Origin: Macrostomum lignano
Lineage: Eukaryota
Reading direction: 5' to 3'
Assembly (NCBI GenBank): GCA_002269645.1
Contig: NIVC01001371.1
Coordinates: 186,001-250,000 of the forward strand
Length of the DNA stretch: 64,000 nt
Shown in pieces: positions 49,591 through 61,690 of this stretch. Each line of letters opens with the position of its first letter. Positions within the stretch are counted from its first letter, which is position 1. The position numbers and the translations under genes were made by a program. The notes under the pieces are model-generated. The model did no database searches and had not been told where the DNA came from. It was given only the letters and a program-made list of their open reading frames with translations.

Positions 49591-49911
49591 GCTGTTGGAA
49601 ACACAGATTTACTACAGAAGTCTCAGCTGCAACGGCCTGAGCAGCCTCATATTGTTGTGCTAAAAACAGTTTATTATGCTTTCCGCTCTAAGTTGCTCTC
49701 AAACTGTAGAGGTAAAAAACCGAACATTGCTAGCTCACGCTGTACGCGAACAGGCCAGCGATACAATTAAGCCTGTTTTACCTGTACAAAATAAACTTTA
49801 CCTGTCCCGTACAGTTTTAACAAGGTGGAACTTCCACAATCTTGGCAAGACATTCGTTTTAGTCATACTACGTGTACTCATACTACACGCAGGTCGCAGA
49901 GGGCTTGTAGC

Positions 49912-50210
49912 GGGAAGGCTGTAGCCTAGTGGTTAGAGCGTCGGACTCACGACTGATAGGTCGGGGGTTCGATTCCCGACCCACTCGGAACAATTTGTGT
50001 CCTTGAGCAAGACACTTAACTCTGCATTGCTTCAGTTCACCCAGCTGTAAAATGGGTGCCAGCATTAGCTGGGGTAATTGAGGGTGTGTGGCGACCCCCC
50101 AGTCCTTGGACTGAACAGCCGTACGCAGCCTTCAGATGCGCCGCGCATTAGCTGCGGCTGAGCTGTCGGTTGCACATCTGCCTATCAGAGCAAGGCCCAA
50201 GTGTGATTAT
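49912..50210 (+). mobile_element. tRNA-derived CORE-SINE
   Basis: A-box TAGCCTAGTGG and B-box GGTTCGATTCC, followed by GTGTCCTTGAGCAAGACACTTAAC...CTGTAAAATGGG, which matches the MIR/CORE domain pattern. There is a near-identical copy at 63.6 kb. Confidence 0.88.
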
Positions 50211-50919
50211 GGCCTTCAAATCACAGTAATGTTTTAAAAAGTGATGAAAAACATGTACAAGTCGTTTTTTGATTCGCAGAAGATTTATAATACCGAGGCT
50301 CCCCCCCCCACGGGGCAATTGAGTACTAACTCAAGAGCTGACAAAGCTAGCGGAATTTTACTTCTCAAAAATGAATAATTCCCAAAACATACACCGAGTT
50401 TATGCTTTAATCGTGTTAGAAGTAGACTTACGAAGCTAAATATTGCACTATATTGATAATTGTCAGTTCTATTAACAACTTTATCTAGATAAGTAATGAA
50501 TTTATGTACAATAAATCGCTTGGGAAAAAAGCTAGGCAATTCATGAGATTTAAGACTGGCATGCAATAAGAAAGAGTTTAACGTGATTACCAAACCCACC
50601 GCTATCTAATATTTATGGAAGATATTTTTTCTGGAAAAAAACTTGCTCTATCAGCAAAAAATCAAAATAGGCGTAGAGAAAACCAAGTTGTAACTATACA
50701 ATCAAAGAATTAGGGAAGCTTCTATCCAGGTGAGAGAAATGCAAAAACCGATACTTTAGTAGTAGTAGCTATGCTAAAAGTGGAGGATTTCACTTTTTTG
50801 TGAGTCAAATAATGAATAGTGTACTTTAAACAGTTGTTTTTTATCTTGAAGGTTGTCAGGCCAACGATTTTGAGTACCTGTGTTACATTGCTTGCTTTAC
50901 TTAGCGTTGAAATCTAAGA

Positions 50920-51555
50920 AATCCTGGTTGTATGCGACTGGGATTTACTGTAGATAAAGGGAATCCCTGTTGCTATGCGACTGGTGGTATTTACTGTAGC
51001 TAAGGGGAATCCCGGTTGCTGTTTGACTGAGATTTACTGTAGCTAAAGGGAATCCCAGTTTCTATGTGACTGGGATTTACTGTAGCTAAAGGGGAATCCC
51101 TGTTGCTATGTGACTGGAGTTTACTGTAGCTAAAGGGGAATCCCGGTTGCTATGTGACTAGGATTTACTGTAGCTAAAGGGGAATCCCTGTTGCTATGTG
51201 ACTGGGGTTTACTGTAGCTAAAGGGGAATCCCGGTTGCTATGTGACTAGTGGTGTTTACTGTAGCTAAAGGGAATCCCTGTTGCTATTCTATGTGACTGG
51301 GGTTTACTGTAGCTAAAGGGGATCCCTGTTGCTATGTGACTGGGATTTACTGTAGCTAAGGGGAATCCCTGTTGCTATGTGACTGGGGTTTACTGTAGCT
51401 AAGGGGAATCCCTGTTGCTATGTGACTGGGTTTACTGTAGCTAAGGGGAATCCCTGTTGCTATGTGACTGGGGTTTACTGTAGCTAAGGGGAATCCCTGT
51501 TGCTATGTGACTGGGATTTACTGTAGCTAACGGGAATCCCGGTTGCTATGTGACA
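50920..51555. repeat. ~43-bp minisatellite (TGTAGCTAAGGGGAATCCCTGTTGCTATGTGACTGGGGTTTAC)n
   Basis: About 14 units, starting ~40 nt downstream of the SEC24 stop. Confidence 0.95.
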
Positions 51556-51593
51556 AGCGATCGCGTCTCTAAAAAAATCCCATTAGTCTCGCA

Positions 51594-54500
51594 TTACCCA
51601 AGAACATGTTTCTGCAAGTACTGAAGAAATTCCAAATAGGACATGCTCGAATCTGTCCGATCCTCAATCAGATACGGCGTCAGGGCAGCCATCGAAGCAG
51701 CTGACGAGGTCAGTTTCAACTTAACCACCGGAACGAGGCCGGGTCGATCGGCACGCAGTCGGTCGGCAAAAGCGAGCGCCCTCGTCGCTAGCAGTTGAGT
51801 AGCTTCAGCCGAGCCGGTGGACGGCGGCAAGACTAAGAAAATCTTTAGCCCAGCATCCAGTAGGTAGGTTCCGCCCGGCTCCATCTGGCTGGCGCTCGGA
51901 TGCAGACGAGGCGGCGATGACGGAGGCTGGGAGGCTGGCTGCTTGGAATCTGTTTCCGCTGGCTGTGGCCACAGGTGCAAGGCGTATAGTGAGGGCAGCA
52001 GCTGCTGCAGCAGGGAGCACAACGGGCTGGTTCGCAACTGAAGCCGAGAATAATGCATTAGAGACGTGAGTGCAATTCGTTCTTCATGTGTTGCTTGCTA
52101 AGAGACGGTTGCTAACGGGTTGTTTCCTAAGGAGATGGCTGCTAATGGTTGGTTTCTAAAGGTTTGGTTGCTATGAGACCGTTGCTACAGGTTTGGTTGC
52201 TAAGAGATGGTTGCTAGTAGGTTTGTTGCTAAGAGACCATTACTACTAACTTGGTGCTAAGAAACTGTTGCTACTGGTTTCATTGCTAAGAGACGGTTGC
52301 TAGTATGTTGGTTGCTAAGAGATGGTTGCTAAGAGATGGTTGCTAAGAGACGGTTGCTAGTATGTTGGTTGCTAAGAGATGGTTGCTAAGAGACCATTAC
52401 TACTAGTTTGGTTGCTAAGAGACGGGTGCACGACAAAATGACTGCGGACAAAATGACTGCAGACAAAATGACTGCGGACAAAATGACTGCGGACAAAATG
52501 ACTGCGGACAAAATGACTGCGGACAAAATGACTGCGGACAAAATGACTGCGGACAAAATGACTGCGTACAAAATGACTGCGGACAAAATGACTGCGTACA
52601 AAATGACTGCGGACAAAATGACTGCGGACAAAATTACTGCCGACAAAATTACTGCCGACAAAATTACTGCCGACAATTTGACTGCCACAATTTGACTGCC
52701 AGCAAAATTACTGCCAAAAATGACTGCCTAAAAACACTCCAGGCTCTGACCGTATTTTTGCAAGGCTAGCGATGCTTTTTACATGAGCAAAAATGCAAGC
52801 TACATTTGGCTTTCAACAATTCGTGCATGTATATCTACCAGTAAAATTAGAAGCGTCATGTCAAAAAAGAGAAGCGTACTCATACTCGTCCTATCAGATA
52901 CGCTAGCGCGCGGCTATAGCTATATAAACAGCAATCATGGAACACAGCTACATGTGGAGGGTTCGAACATTGCCGCAGTCATTTTGCTGGCAGTCAAATT
53001 GCCGCAGTCATTTTGCTGGCAGTCAAATTGCCGCAGTCATTTTGCTGGCAGTCAAATTGTCGGCAGTCATTTTGTCGGCAGTCAAATTGCTCGGCAGTCA
53101 TTTTGCTGGCAGTCAAATTGCGGCAGTCAAATTGTGGCAGTCAATTGTCGTAGACCCCTAAGAGACAGTTGCTACTAAGTTGGTTGCTAAGAGACCGTTG
53201 CTACTGGGTCGGTTGCTAAGGAGAGCGTTACTAGTGGGTTTTGGGTAAGTTGCTAATTCAAGTACAGCAAAAGTTTCATTCGTAGGATTGCAACAAAAAA
53301 TCAGATTACGGGCGCAGCCCCCCACAAAAAAATTCACCTCGGCCAAAGCAGCCGCTCTTTCGTCCAGCTGTCCGACACTGGGCCGGAATGCGGGCCACTT
53401 GAGCAGCGCCAGGATCAGCAGCGGCAGCAGTCGAATGCCGGGAGGCGACCAGAGGCCACCGGCGCCGCGCTGCCCGGTGGCCCGAGCGTAGGCGGCCAGC
53501 GGATCGGCTGCGGCGTTCACCAGCGCGTCGCGAGAGTCCGACAGGCGGCTGGCGCCGGTTATGATGCGCTCTGCGCCGATTTGCGCCAGAAGGCCGATAA
53601 TCTTTAATGACAAGATTCGATTTTGATAATTCGGTTAGGTGAATCGGCTGTTAGGATTTGGTGAATGGCTGTTTACAAATTTGGTGAATGGACTGTGTTA
53701 CGATTTGGTGAATGGCTGTTTACAAATTTGGTGAATGGACTGTGTTACGATTTGGTGAATGGCTGTTTATGATTTGGTGAATGGCTGTTTATGATTTGGT
53801 GAATGGCTGTTTATGATTTGTTGAATGGCTGTTTACCATTTGGTGAATGGCTGTTTATGATTTAGTAAATGGCTGTTTACGATTTGGTGAATGGCTGTTT
53901 ACGATTTGGTGAATGGCTGTTTATGATTTGGTGAATGGCTATTTATGATTGAGTGAGTGGCTGTTTATGATTTGGTGAATGGCTGTTTACATTTGGTGAA
54001 TGGCTGTTTACATTTGGTGAATGGCTGTTTACATTTGGTAAATGGCTGTTTATGATTTGGTGAATGGCTGTTTATGATTTGGTAAATGGCTGTTTATGAT
54101 TTGGTGAATGGCTGTTTATGATTTGGTAAATGGCTGTTTACATTTGGTAAATGGCTGCTTAGGATTTGGTGAATGGCTGTTTATGATTTGGTGAATGGGC
54201 TGTTTACATTTGGTGAATGGCTGTTTATGATTTGGTGAATGGGCTGTTTACATTTGGTGAATGGCTGTTTATGATTTGGTGAATGGGCTGTTTACATTTG
54301 GTAAATGGCTGTTAATGATTTGGTGAATGGCTATTTATGATTGAGTGAATGGCTGTTTATGATTGAGTGAATGGCTATTTATGATTGAGTGAATGGCTAT
54401 TTATGATTGAGTGAATGGCTGTTTATGATCCAAGTTGCCTGAAAACGGCAGTCACGCTATCACAGCAGCTTTGAACTTAAAAATGTCTCACCGCCCGCTG

Positions 54501-57500
54501 GTCGGACCCGGCGAACACATCCTCAATCCGGGTAGCAACCGGTAGTCCCAGCGTGTGCACTCTGATCCTCCGCTCGCCCTTCCGCCCAGTGTACAGCAGA
54601 GCGGCCTGGAACACCACCGGCTCGCTGGCGCCCGCGGTCCCGGCGCCATCGCCGACAGCCAGCTGGATGGCGAATCCGGCGTCCGGACTGGCGCAGGGCA
54701 GCGCCGCCAAGTCGGTGGCGCGAACGAAACAGGAGCCGTAGAAGGCGGCCACGCTGTAGCCGTTTGAGCAGCGGACCCGGAGCACAGCCTGGAGAAATGG
54801 GGCGATTCTGGGGTGGTTCAGGGCGATTCCTGGGCTGGTTCAGGACGATTCCTGGGCTGGTTCAGGGCGATTCCTAGGCTGGTTCAGGACGATTCCTGGG
54901 GTGGTTCAGGGCGATTCCTGGGCTGGTTCAGGACGATTCCTAGGGTGGTTCAGGGCGATTCCTAGGGTGGTTCAGGGCGATTCCTAGGGTGGTTCAGGGC
55001 GATTCCTAGGGTGGTTCAGGGCGATTCCTAGGGTGGTTCAGGGCGATTCCTAGGGTGGTTCAGGACGATTCCTAGGGTGGTTCAGGGGCGATTCATAGGA
55101 TGGTTCAAGGGCGATTTTAGGGTGATTCAGGGCGATTCTTGGCCTCCAAAGCAATTCCTCAAAGCTATAGCAGAGACCTCTAATCCCAGCTTGCGAGTGA
55201 GATGCCGGCCAAGATCCGAGGCCAGCCGGTCCGCATCGTCGGGCAGGTGCGGATAGCGGTGCACCCGGCCGGAGGAGTACACGGCTATGGGCATGACCGA
55301 GGCCAGGTCAGTGTGACCGGGCCCGACGCAGAACAGATCAACAGACAGCTGGGCGCTGCAACAGTCTAACGCCAGGCGCTTGTAATAGTCAGTGGCTGGC
55401 TGGCCAGCCAAGTCGTCCGAGTCTGATCCGGCCGGACCGGACAAGGCGCCGGGTCCGACTGACGGACGGGAGGCCAGAAACAACAGTAGACGGCCGCCGC
55501 TGGACTGGGCGAGTCTGAATACGAGTAAATTGACCGATGTGTACTACTGGCAGTAGGCGGCGACGAAAAGTAAAAAACTGACAGAGATTGACCTATCAAC
55601 AAGAGACACAAGCCAGTCTACAGGAGACACAATGACCAAGCAGCCAGAGACACAGGCCAATCTACAAGAGACACAAGCCAGTCTACAAGAGACGCAATGA
55701 CCAAGCAGCCAGAGACACAGAGAGACACACAAGAGAGACACAATGACCAAGCAGCCAGAGACACACAGGCCAATCTACAAGAGACACAAGCCAGTCTACA
55801 GGAGACACAATGACCAAGCAGCCAGAGACACAGGCCAAGCTACAAGAGACACAAGCCAGTCTACAAGAGACGCAATGACCAAGCAGCCAGACACACAGGC
55901 CAATCTACAAGAGACACAAGCCAATCTACAAGAGACGCAATGACCAAGCAGCCAGAGACACAGGCCAAGCTACAAGAGACACAAGCCAGTCTACAAGAGA
56001 CGCAATGACCAAGCAGCCAGACACACAGGCCAATCTACAAGAGACGCAATGACCAAGCAGCCAGAGACACAGAGAGACACACAAGAGAGACACAATGACC
56101 AAGCAGCCAGAGACACAGGCCAAGCTACAAGAGACACAATGATCAGCAACCAGACCAGAGACACAAGCCAATCTACAAGAGAAACAATGACCAAGCAGCC
56201 AGAGACACAAGCCAAGCTACAAGAGACACAATGATCAAGCAACCAAAGACACAAGCCAATCTACAAGAGACACAATGACCAAGCAGCTAGAGACACACAG
56301 GCCAATCTTTAAGACAGACCTGTGAGCTATGGCCAACGCCGATCCCAGACAGCAGCCGGGCACCGCAGGGAACTCCAATTCGGGCAGCGATTCCAACAAT
56401 TCAACGATGGCGTCGCGACATTCGGCCACGGTTACTAGAAGACCTTCGGGCATTGGTAGGTCCGAATCGCCGTCCAGATCAGGCATGGCCAGCAGGCTGG
56501 GACGGGGTCCGTCCAGTTTGTACAGGTGCAGAACGCCGTTGAAGGTGATGACGGCCAGCTGGGTGCGGGTGTCGCCTGGCAGACGGTCCAGACAGCGAAG
56601 CAGAGTCTGACTAACCGCAGTCAGGTAGGCAGTAGCCGACTTGGCAACGGCCGGGTCTGGCGACAGAACCTGGGACACGTCCAGCGCCAGGATGTAGGTT
56701 GCGGGCGGCGGCGGCCGAACAGAATACTCCTGGGTGGCGATGAATTCCACTGTGCCGTTGCGAATCTCTGGCCGACGGCTCGGGTCGCCGTAGGTCTGCG
56801 AGGGCAATAGGTTTCCAGCGGAGCAGTTGTCTTAAAACTACTCGGGACCAAAATATGAGTTCGTACTGGTCTAGGTGATTCTCTAGAGTGGCTGGGGGTC
56901 TGCAAACTTTTTTACCTCAAGGGCCAGATAAAGAATTCAGCTCATGGCTGCGGGCTGAGAAGAGGCACAAACATTGAGCGTGCCGGATTGCTATTGTGAA
57001 GTTTCAAAGGACCCGAGGGACAGATAAAGGGATAAAGGCTAGTTTTCTATCCATTCTAAATGTATAATGTGGCATCCCGCCGATCTCTGATTGGTGTAGA
57101 ACGAGTGACAGAACTTGATATAGGTACAATAGAACATTTATATATAAATACCGTATATGCATAAAAGCGTTGATCTTAAAGCATTTAAGCGCGTATTATT
57201 TTTTACAAAGGTTTCTGCGAAAGTAAAAGTCTGCCTTACCTGGGATATGGGATCATAAAGAAACTCTTCTGGCAAATCGTTGTCAAGAAAGCAGAGACTG
57301 CAGCGCCACCTCTGTTGGCTGGAGAAGCGCACGAAAGGATTAATATAGGCCCGGCAATCTCGGCAGCGAACGATGACGTTGGCCTGAATGATTGCCAGGC
57401 TGCGCAGATCCTTAAACGGGTGCATTGCCAGGCCTAACGGTAGGCGAGATCGGCGCAACAACTCGGCAGTGGCCGGCACGGCGTTCATTGTGCAGGACAT

Positions 57501-59072
57501 GACATCCGGATTGCAGTTGGCCTCAGCCGGGAACGAATGGCCCAACGGCGGCGGAGCGACCGTCTCTATGGGCTCGGAGCCGTGCGTCCGCAGCAGCTGC
57601 CGGTCGCGCAGAAGATTCACTGAGTTTTCGCGATGCTGAGCGCTTGCAGTCGACCACTGCGGCTGCTGAAGCGTCGGCGGCGAAGTCATTTGTCGAGGCA
57701 TCGGTCCAACGGGCAGCGGCGGCGTCGGCGCTACGAATGGCATTGGTGCTGGCGGCGCGGGGACAAATGAAGGGGGCGAAGGTGCGGCTGCAGATATTGG
57801 ATGCATCGGCGGTTCTGGAGGTCCAATAGGCCGATGGCCAGGTGCCGTTGAGCTCGATGGCATCATAGGAGGTGGCGGAGGTCCAACAGGTTGATGGCCA
57901 GGTTGCGGAGGTCCAACAGGTTGATGGCCAGGTGGCGGAGGTCCAACAGGTTGATGGCCAGGTGGCGGAGGTCCAACAGGTTGATGGCCAGGTGCCGTTG
58001 AGCTCGATGGCATCATAGAAGGTGGCAGAGGTCTAACAGGTTGATGGCTAGGTGCCGTTGAGCTCGATGGCATCATAGGAGGTGGCGGACATCCAACAGG
58101 TTGATAGCCAGGTGCCGCTGAGCTCGATGGCATCATAGAAGGTGGCAGAGGTCTAACAGGTTGATGGCTAGGTGCCGTTGAGCTCGATGGCATCATAGGA
58201 GGTGGCGGACATCCAACAGGTTGATAGCCAGGTGCCGCTGAGCTCGATGGCATCATAGGAGGTGGCGGACATCCAACAGGTTGATAGTCTGGTGCCGTTG
58301 AGTTCGATGGCATCATAGAAGGTGGCGGACATCCAACAGGTTGATAGCCAGGTGCCGCTGAGCTCGATGGCATCATAGGAGGTGGCGGACATCCAACAGG
58401 TTGATAGCCAGGTGCCGCTGAGCTCGATGGCATCATAGGAGGTGGCGGACATCCAACAGGTTGATAGCCAGGTGCCGTTGAGCTCGATGGCATCATAGGA
58501 GGTGGCAGAGGTCCAATAGGTTGATAGCCAGGTGCTGCTGAGCTTGATGGCATCATTGAGGACTGTGGACCTACATATCGATGGTCAGGTGTTGCTGAGC
58601 TACCAATTCTCATCTGGTGTACCTGAGACGTCAAGTTTGCAGCTGCTGTCTGAGTTGAAGGCACTTCAAATGGTGAAACTTGAGGTGGTTGTCTCAACTG
58701 AGAAGGGTGTGGAGCTGACACTGAGGAAGATGTTGATGGACAAGGCATTGAACTTTTTGGCAAATGACTTTGCAAAGGCAATGGAGGTGCAGCCATACCT
58801 GCTTGTGCAGATGAGGAATTCAGACCATGCAAGTTCATCTGATTGGGCTGATTAGACAACATAGACCTCACAGGTGTTGGATGCAATAAAGAGCCATGAG
58901 GAAGTTGTAATGGAGGTGTAGAGGCAAAAATAGGCCTTGTAGGGTTAGCTGATGTTTGACTTGGCTGAATTTTAGGCATAGTTTCAATAGGCATAAATGA
59001 TCTAGCTGGCTGAGCTTGAGCAGATGACAATTGAAGGCTCCCATTGGGTTTTGTTGGTTGCTTTGGCTGCAT
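51594..59072 (-). CDS. SEC24A/B: COPII cargo adaptor Sec24, A/B subfamily, ~1216 aa, 6 coding exons
   Basis: Exons 59072-57240, 56795-56320, 55514-55178, 54788-54492, 53601-53338 and 52037-51594 are phase-compatible. Motifs: NCNPD...LPLGLAMHPFKDL, zinc finger RCRDCRAYINPF...WRCSLC, trunk YILALDVS, GERRIRVHTL and C-terminal LIEDRTDSSMSYLEFL. The HPFKDL/EEFLYDP motifs favour the A/B clade. Confidence 0.95.
52088..53250. repeat. Degenerate (GGTTGCTAAGAGAC..)n repeat in SEC24 intron 5, interrupted by a transposon
   Basis: Units are visible at 52088-52423 and 53158-53250. Confidence 0.85.
52424..53157. mobile_element. 734-bp non-autonomous Mutator-like (MULE) element with subterminal tandem repeats
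   Basis: TIRs GGGTGCACGACAA / TTGTCGTAGACCC. Perfect 9-bp direct flank CTAAGAGAC (52415-52423 and 53158-53166). A (GACAAAATGACTGCG)n left arm is mirrored by a (GCAGTCA[A/T]TTTG..)n right arm. Confidence 0.85.
53632..54430. repeat. 22-bp minisatellite (ATGATTTGGTGAATGGCTGTTT)n in SEC24 intron 4
   Basis: Visible tandem units. Confidence 0.96.
54800..55142. repeat. 22-bp minisatellite (GGGCGATTCCTAGGGTGGTTCA)n in SEC24 intron 3
   Basis: About 15 units, starting ~10 nt from the acceptor. Confidence 0.96.
55590..56310. repeat. Composite minisatellite (CAAGAGACACAATGACCAAGCAGCCAGAGACACAGGCCAATCTA..)n in SEC24 intron 2
   Basis: Repeats of ~44-65 bp built from ~21-23-nt subunits. Confidence 0.92.
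56892..56965 (+). mobile_element. hAT (Charlie-like) left-end fragment in SEC24 intron 1
   Basis: CTGGGGGTCTGCAAACTTTTTTACCTCAAGGGCCAGATAAAGAATTCAGCTCATGGCTGCGGGC is homologous to 34043-34110. Confidence 0.6.
57830..58545 (-). repeat. Coding 57-bp/30-bp repeats in the SEC24 N-terminal region: (PPPMMPSSS[A/T]APGYQPVGC)n and (PPPGHQPVGP)n
   Basis: Visible and in frame in the 644-aa ORF. Confidence 0.93.
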
Positions 59073-60979
59073 TCCTCTTATATCTATAGTCTAGATTATA
59101 TGAATAGCTTTCTGAAAAGTGAATTTATGTTTTTTAATCTAGAGTATAAGTTGTTTCTTTAATCTATGAGATGAACAATTATTATTTCATAATTTAAAAC
59201 CATTTCTACTTGTGCTGTATAATTTGATATATTTGCACTAGCCTAGGCCTAGGTTTCCCTGTTAGAATTTTTGCTCAAAATGCATAGACGAAAATTAGGA
59301 TTTTAATATTTATAGTCCCTAATTAAAAGGGGATGGCAATAAACCTATTGGTTATTATAATTTTGAGCTACTTTACTATGTAAGGGCCTATCACACAATG
59401 CCATAATTGGTGTAATGTAGACTAAAGTACTATAAAACCTTGGTGAAATGCAATATAATAGAAAGGCAATAGACATATAAATGTCAGTTTTTTATCAAAC
59501 TAAATTGTTTGTATAATGCAACATGCCATGCTACAGCCTAGCACCCTAGTGCAATAATCTTTAGCATGATATGACAAGTGACTAATTAAGTATATGAATA
59601 ATTTATATAATACTAATCAATTAATCTATCTATGAAAAAGAGGATATAAAAATTATTTTCAACAAGAGTGATATTCACATTCACTTCAGTTTGTATTACA
59701 ATTTTTTCTATAAAATATACCATGTTTATCATAAAGTAAATTTTTTTGCTTCAAATCTTAGATTAACTTAACCGATCAAATCAAAGGAGTTGTAAGAACC
59801 TTTCAGTTGAATAGTTTCGAGGTCCAAAAGGGTCTGTCAACTTAGGCTCATAAAGTGGAGCCCGACACCCAAGAAACATTATGTACATTGTACACAAATG
59901 ATACGCCATTCTGCTCACAGTGACACCAGAAAGCTGGACTTAAGAAAAAAATTACAAAAATTGAACCTGGGATAAAAGAGAACAATCAAGGGGACAATTA
60001 GGGACTCCACCTGATAAGCTTAAGACAGTTTACATGATGATGATAGTAATCATTATTCTTAGAAATTATACTTTTTAAACTAGAAAATATCTTTAGCAGC
60101 AACAGGTAAATTAGACTGAAATTATTATTGACAAAACATTTTTTAAATACCTTAAGATTTTTTCAGATATTATATTTATTGATGGACAAACAAATAAAAT
60201 TTTTGTTTTAGCCAACAATTTCAATTATAAAACCGTTGGAAATTTACTACGATTTTTTTGTGAAGGCCTAGTGAAGTGGGCTGATTGGCAAATCCAGGGG
60301 CCATAGTCCTCTCAGCTAGGATCGAAATAAATCGCCGCATTTTTTCTTCTTCTGACGAATTTTGACCTAATTTATACTACTTTTAGTCGCTTTTCGAATG
60401 TCGTACTAAGGCCAAGGGCCTATACTATATTTGTTGCTTATTCTACTATACTAGGTCTAGGTGGGCCTAATTCTAATTGTTTTGCATCATAATCGTTTTG
60501 GAATTTTTTTTTAATTTGATTTTTTATGCATATTGGCAAGTTATAAAACCTTTATTTAAATATATAGCATTTAGTAAATTAAATTGACAATTTTTTAAAC
60601 TAGCCTAAGGGTAAGGGTAAAGATTTAAGTTATTATTAATTAGGACTAATTTAACTAATAAAATTTAGTTAATATTAGTTATTTAGTCAGGTAAATTTAA
60701 TTGAAAGATTTTAATATTATAATTGAGACAAAATTGGCTAGGCCTAGGCCTATAAAAAATTTCTTAATCTCATCAAATAAGATTGCTAAAAATAATATAA
60801 TATTTTGTCTTTAGTTTTATAATTTAAGGCTAACTTAATTTAGTTTAGTAACTGCAATTAATTATAATTTAGTTTGGTTTAAGATAGGGTTTAAAAAACT
60901 TTTTTATCTATAAGGCAAAATAGAGAACCAAATATTTGATTGATAATTGTAAGCTAGTGTAAGAAAGAGAAAGAGAAAA

Positions 60980-61690
60980 GGCAATCTTCAAGTTTCGTTC
61001 GTTAAATTATTTTTTCAATGATTTCTGAACTATCTTGCTCTGAGATGATTATTTTCGAGCTCTCCAGTGTACCCAGCCCTTTTCTAGCTGAGAAAGTAGC
61101 AGTTTTGTTAATATTATATATCTAATGTACTGTAAAGCCGTTAGTAGGCAAAGGAATGTCTATGGCCCATATTACGATAACGTAATGATGACGTGGCTTT
61201 CACTGACATGGCATTTTAGCAAAGAACGTCTATGGGGAATAAAGATGCTACTGTACGTGTACGCAGCTTTAGGAGTGGCATGGAGTAATATCATAAGCAG
61301 TTAATAGACAAGCAGCTAATACACTATAAGACTGACGGCTACACTTGGGCTTGCACCAACTGCCATGCGCAGGTGTCCATCCAAAAGGGGTCCTTTTTTG
61401 AACGGAATCACCTCAAGCTATGTCAGCTACTGGACCTCATCTGCCCCTGTTGTACCCCACTGTGTTATTATTTTTGTCTGTTTGTACTCAGTGTTACATG
61501 TTAGCTTTGCTTGTTTGCATCTTATATTTCTGGCTTTATGGTACCTTAGAGGTTAATATTAACAAAGCTGCTACTTTCTCAGCTCGGAAAGAGCTGGGTA
61601 CACTGGAGAGCTCGAAAATAATCATCTCAGAGCAAGATAGTTCAGAAATCATTGAAAAAATAATTTAATGAATGAAACTTGAAGATTGCC
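60980..61690 (+). mobile_element. Merlin-type DNA transposon deletion derivative (711 bp)
   Basis: ~137-bp TIRs (60980-61116 / 61554-61690) begin GGCAATC. The 8-bp flanks AGAGAAAA / AGAGAAGA match 7/8. The interior from 61334 reads DGYTWACTNCHAQVSIQKGSFFERNHLKLCQLLDLI, like the N-terminal zinc-ribbon of Merlin/IS1595-family transposases. Confidence 0.8.

Noticed and set aside
49912-49985. tRNA-like sequence (also at 63589)
   Set aside because: No complete cloverleaf, and it continues into a CORE domain. It is a SINE head, not a tRNA gene.
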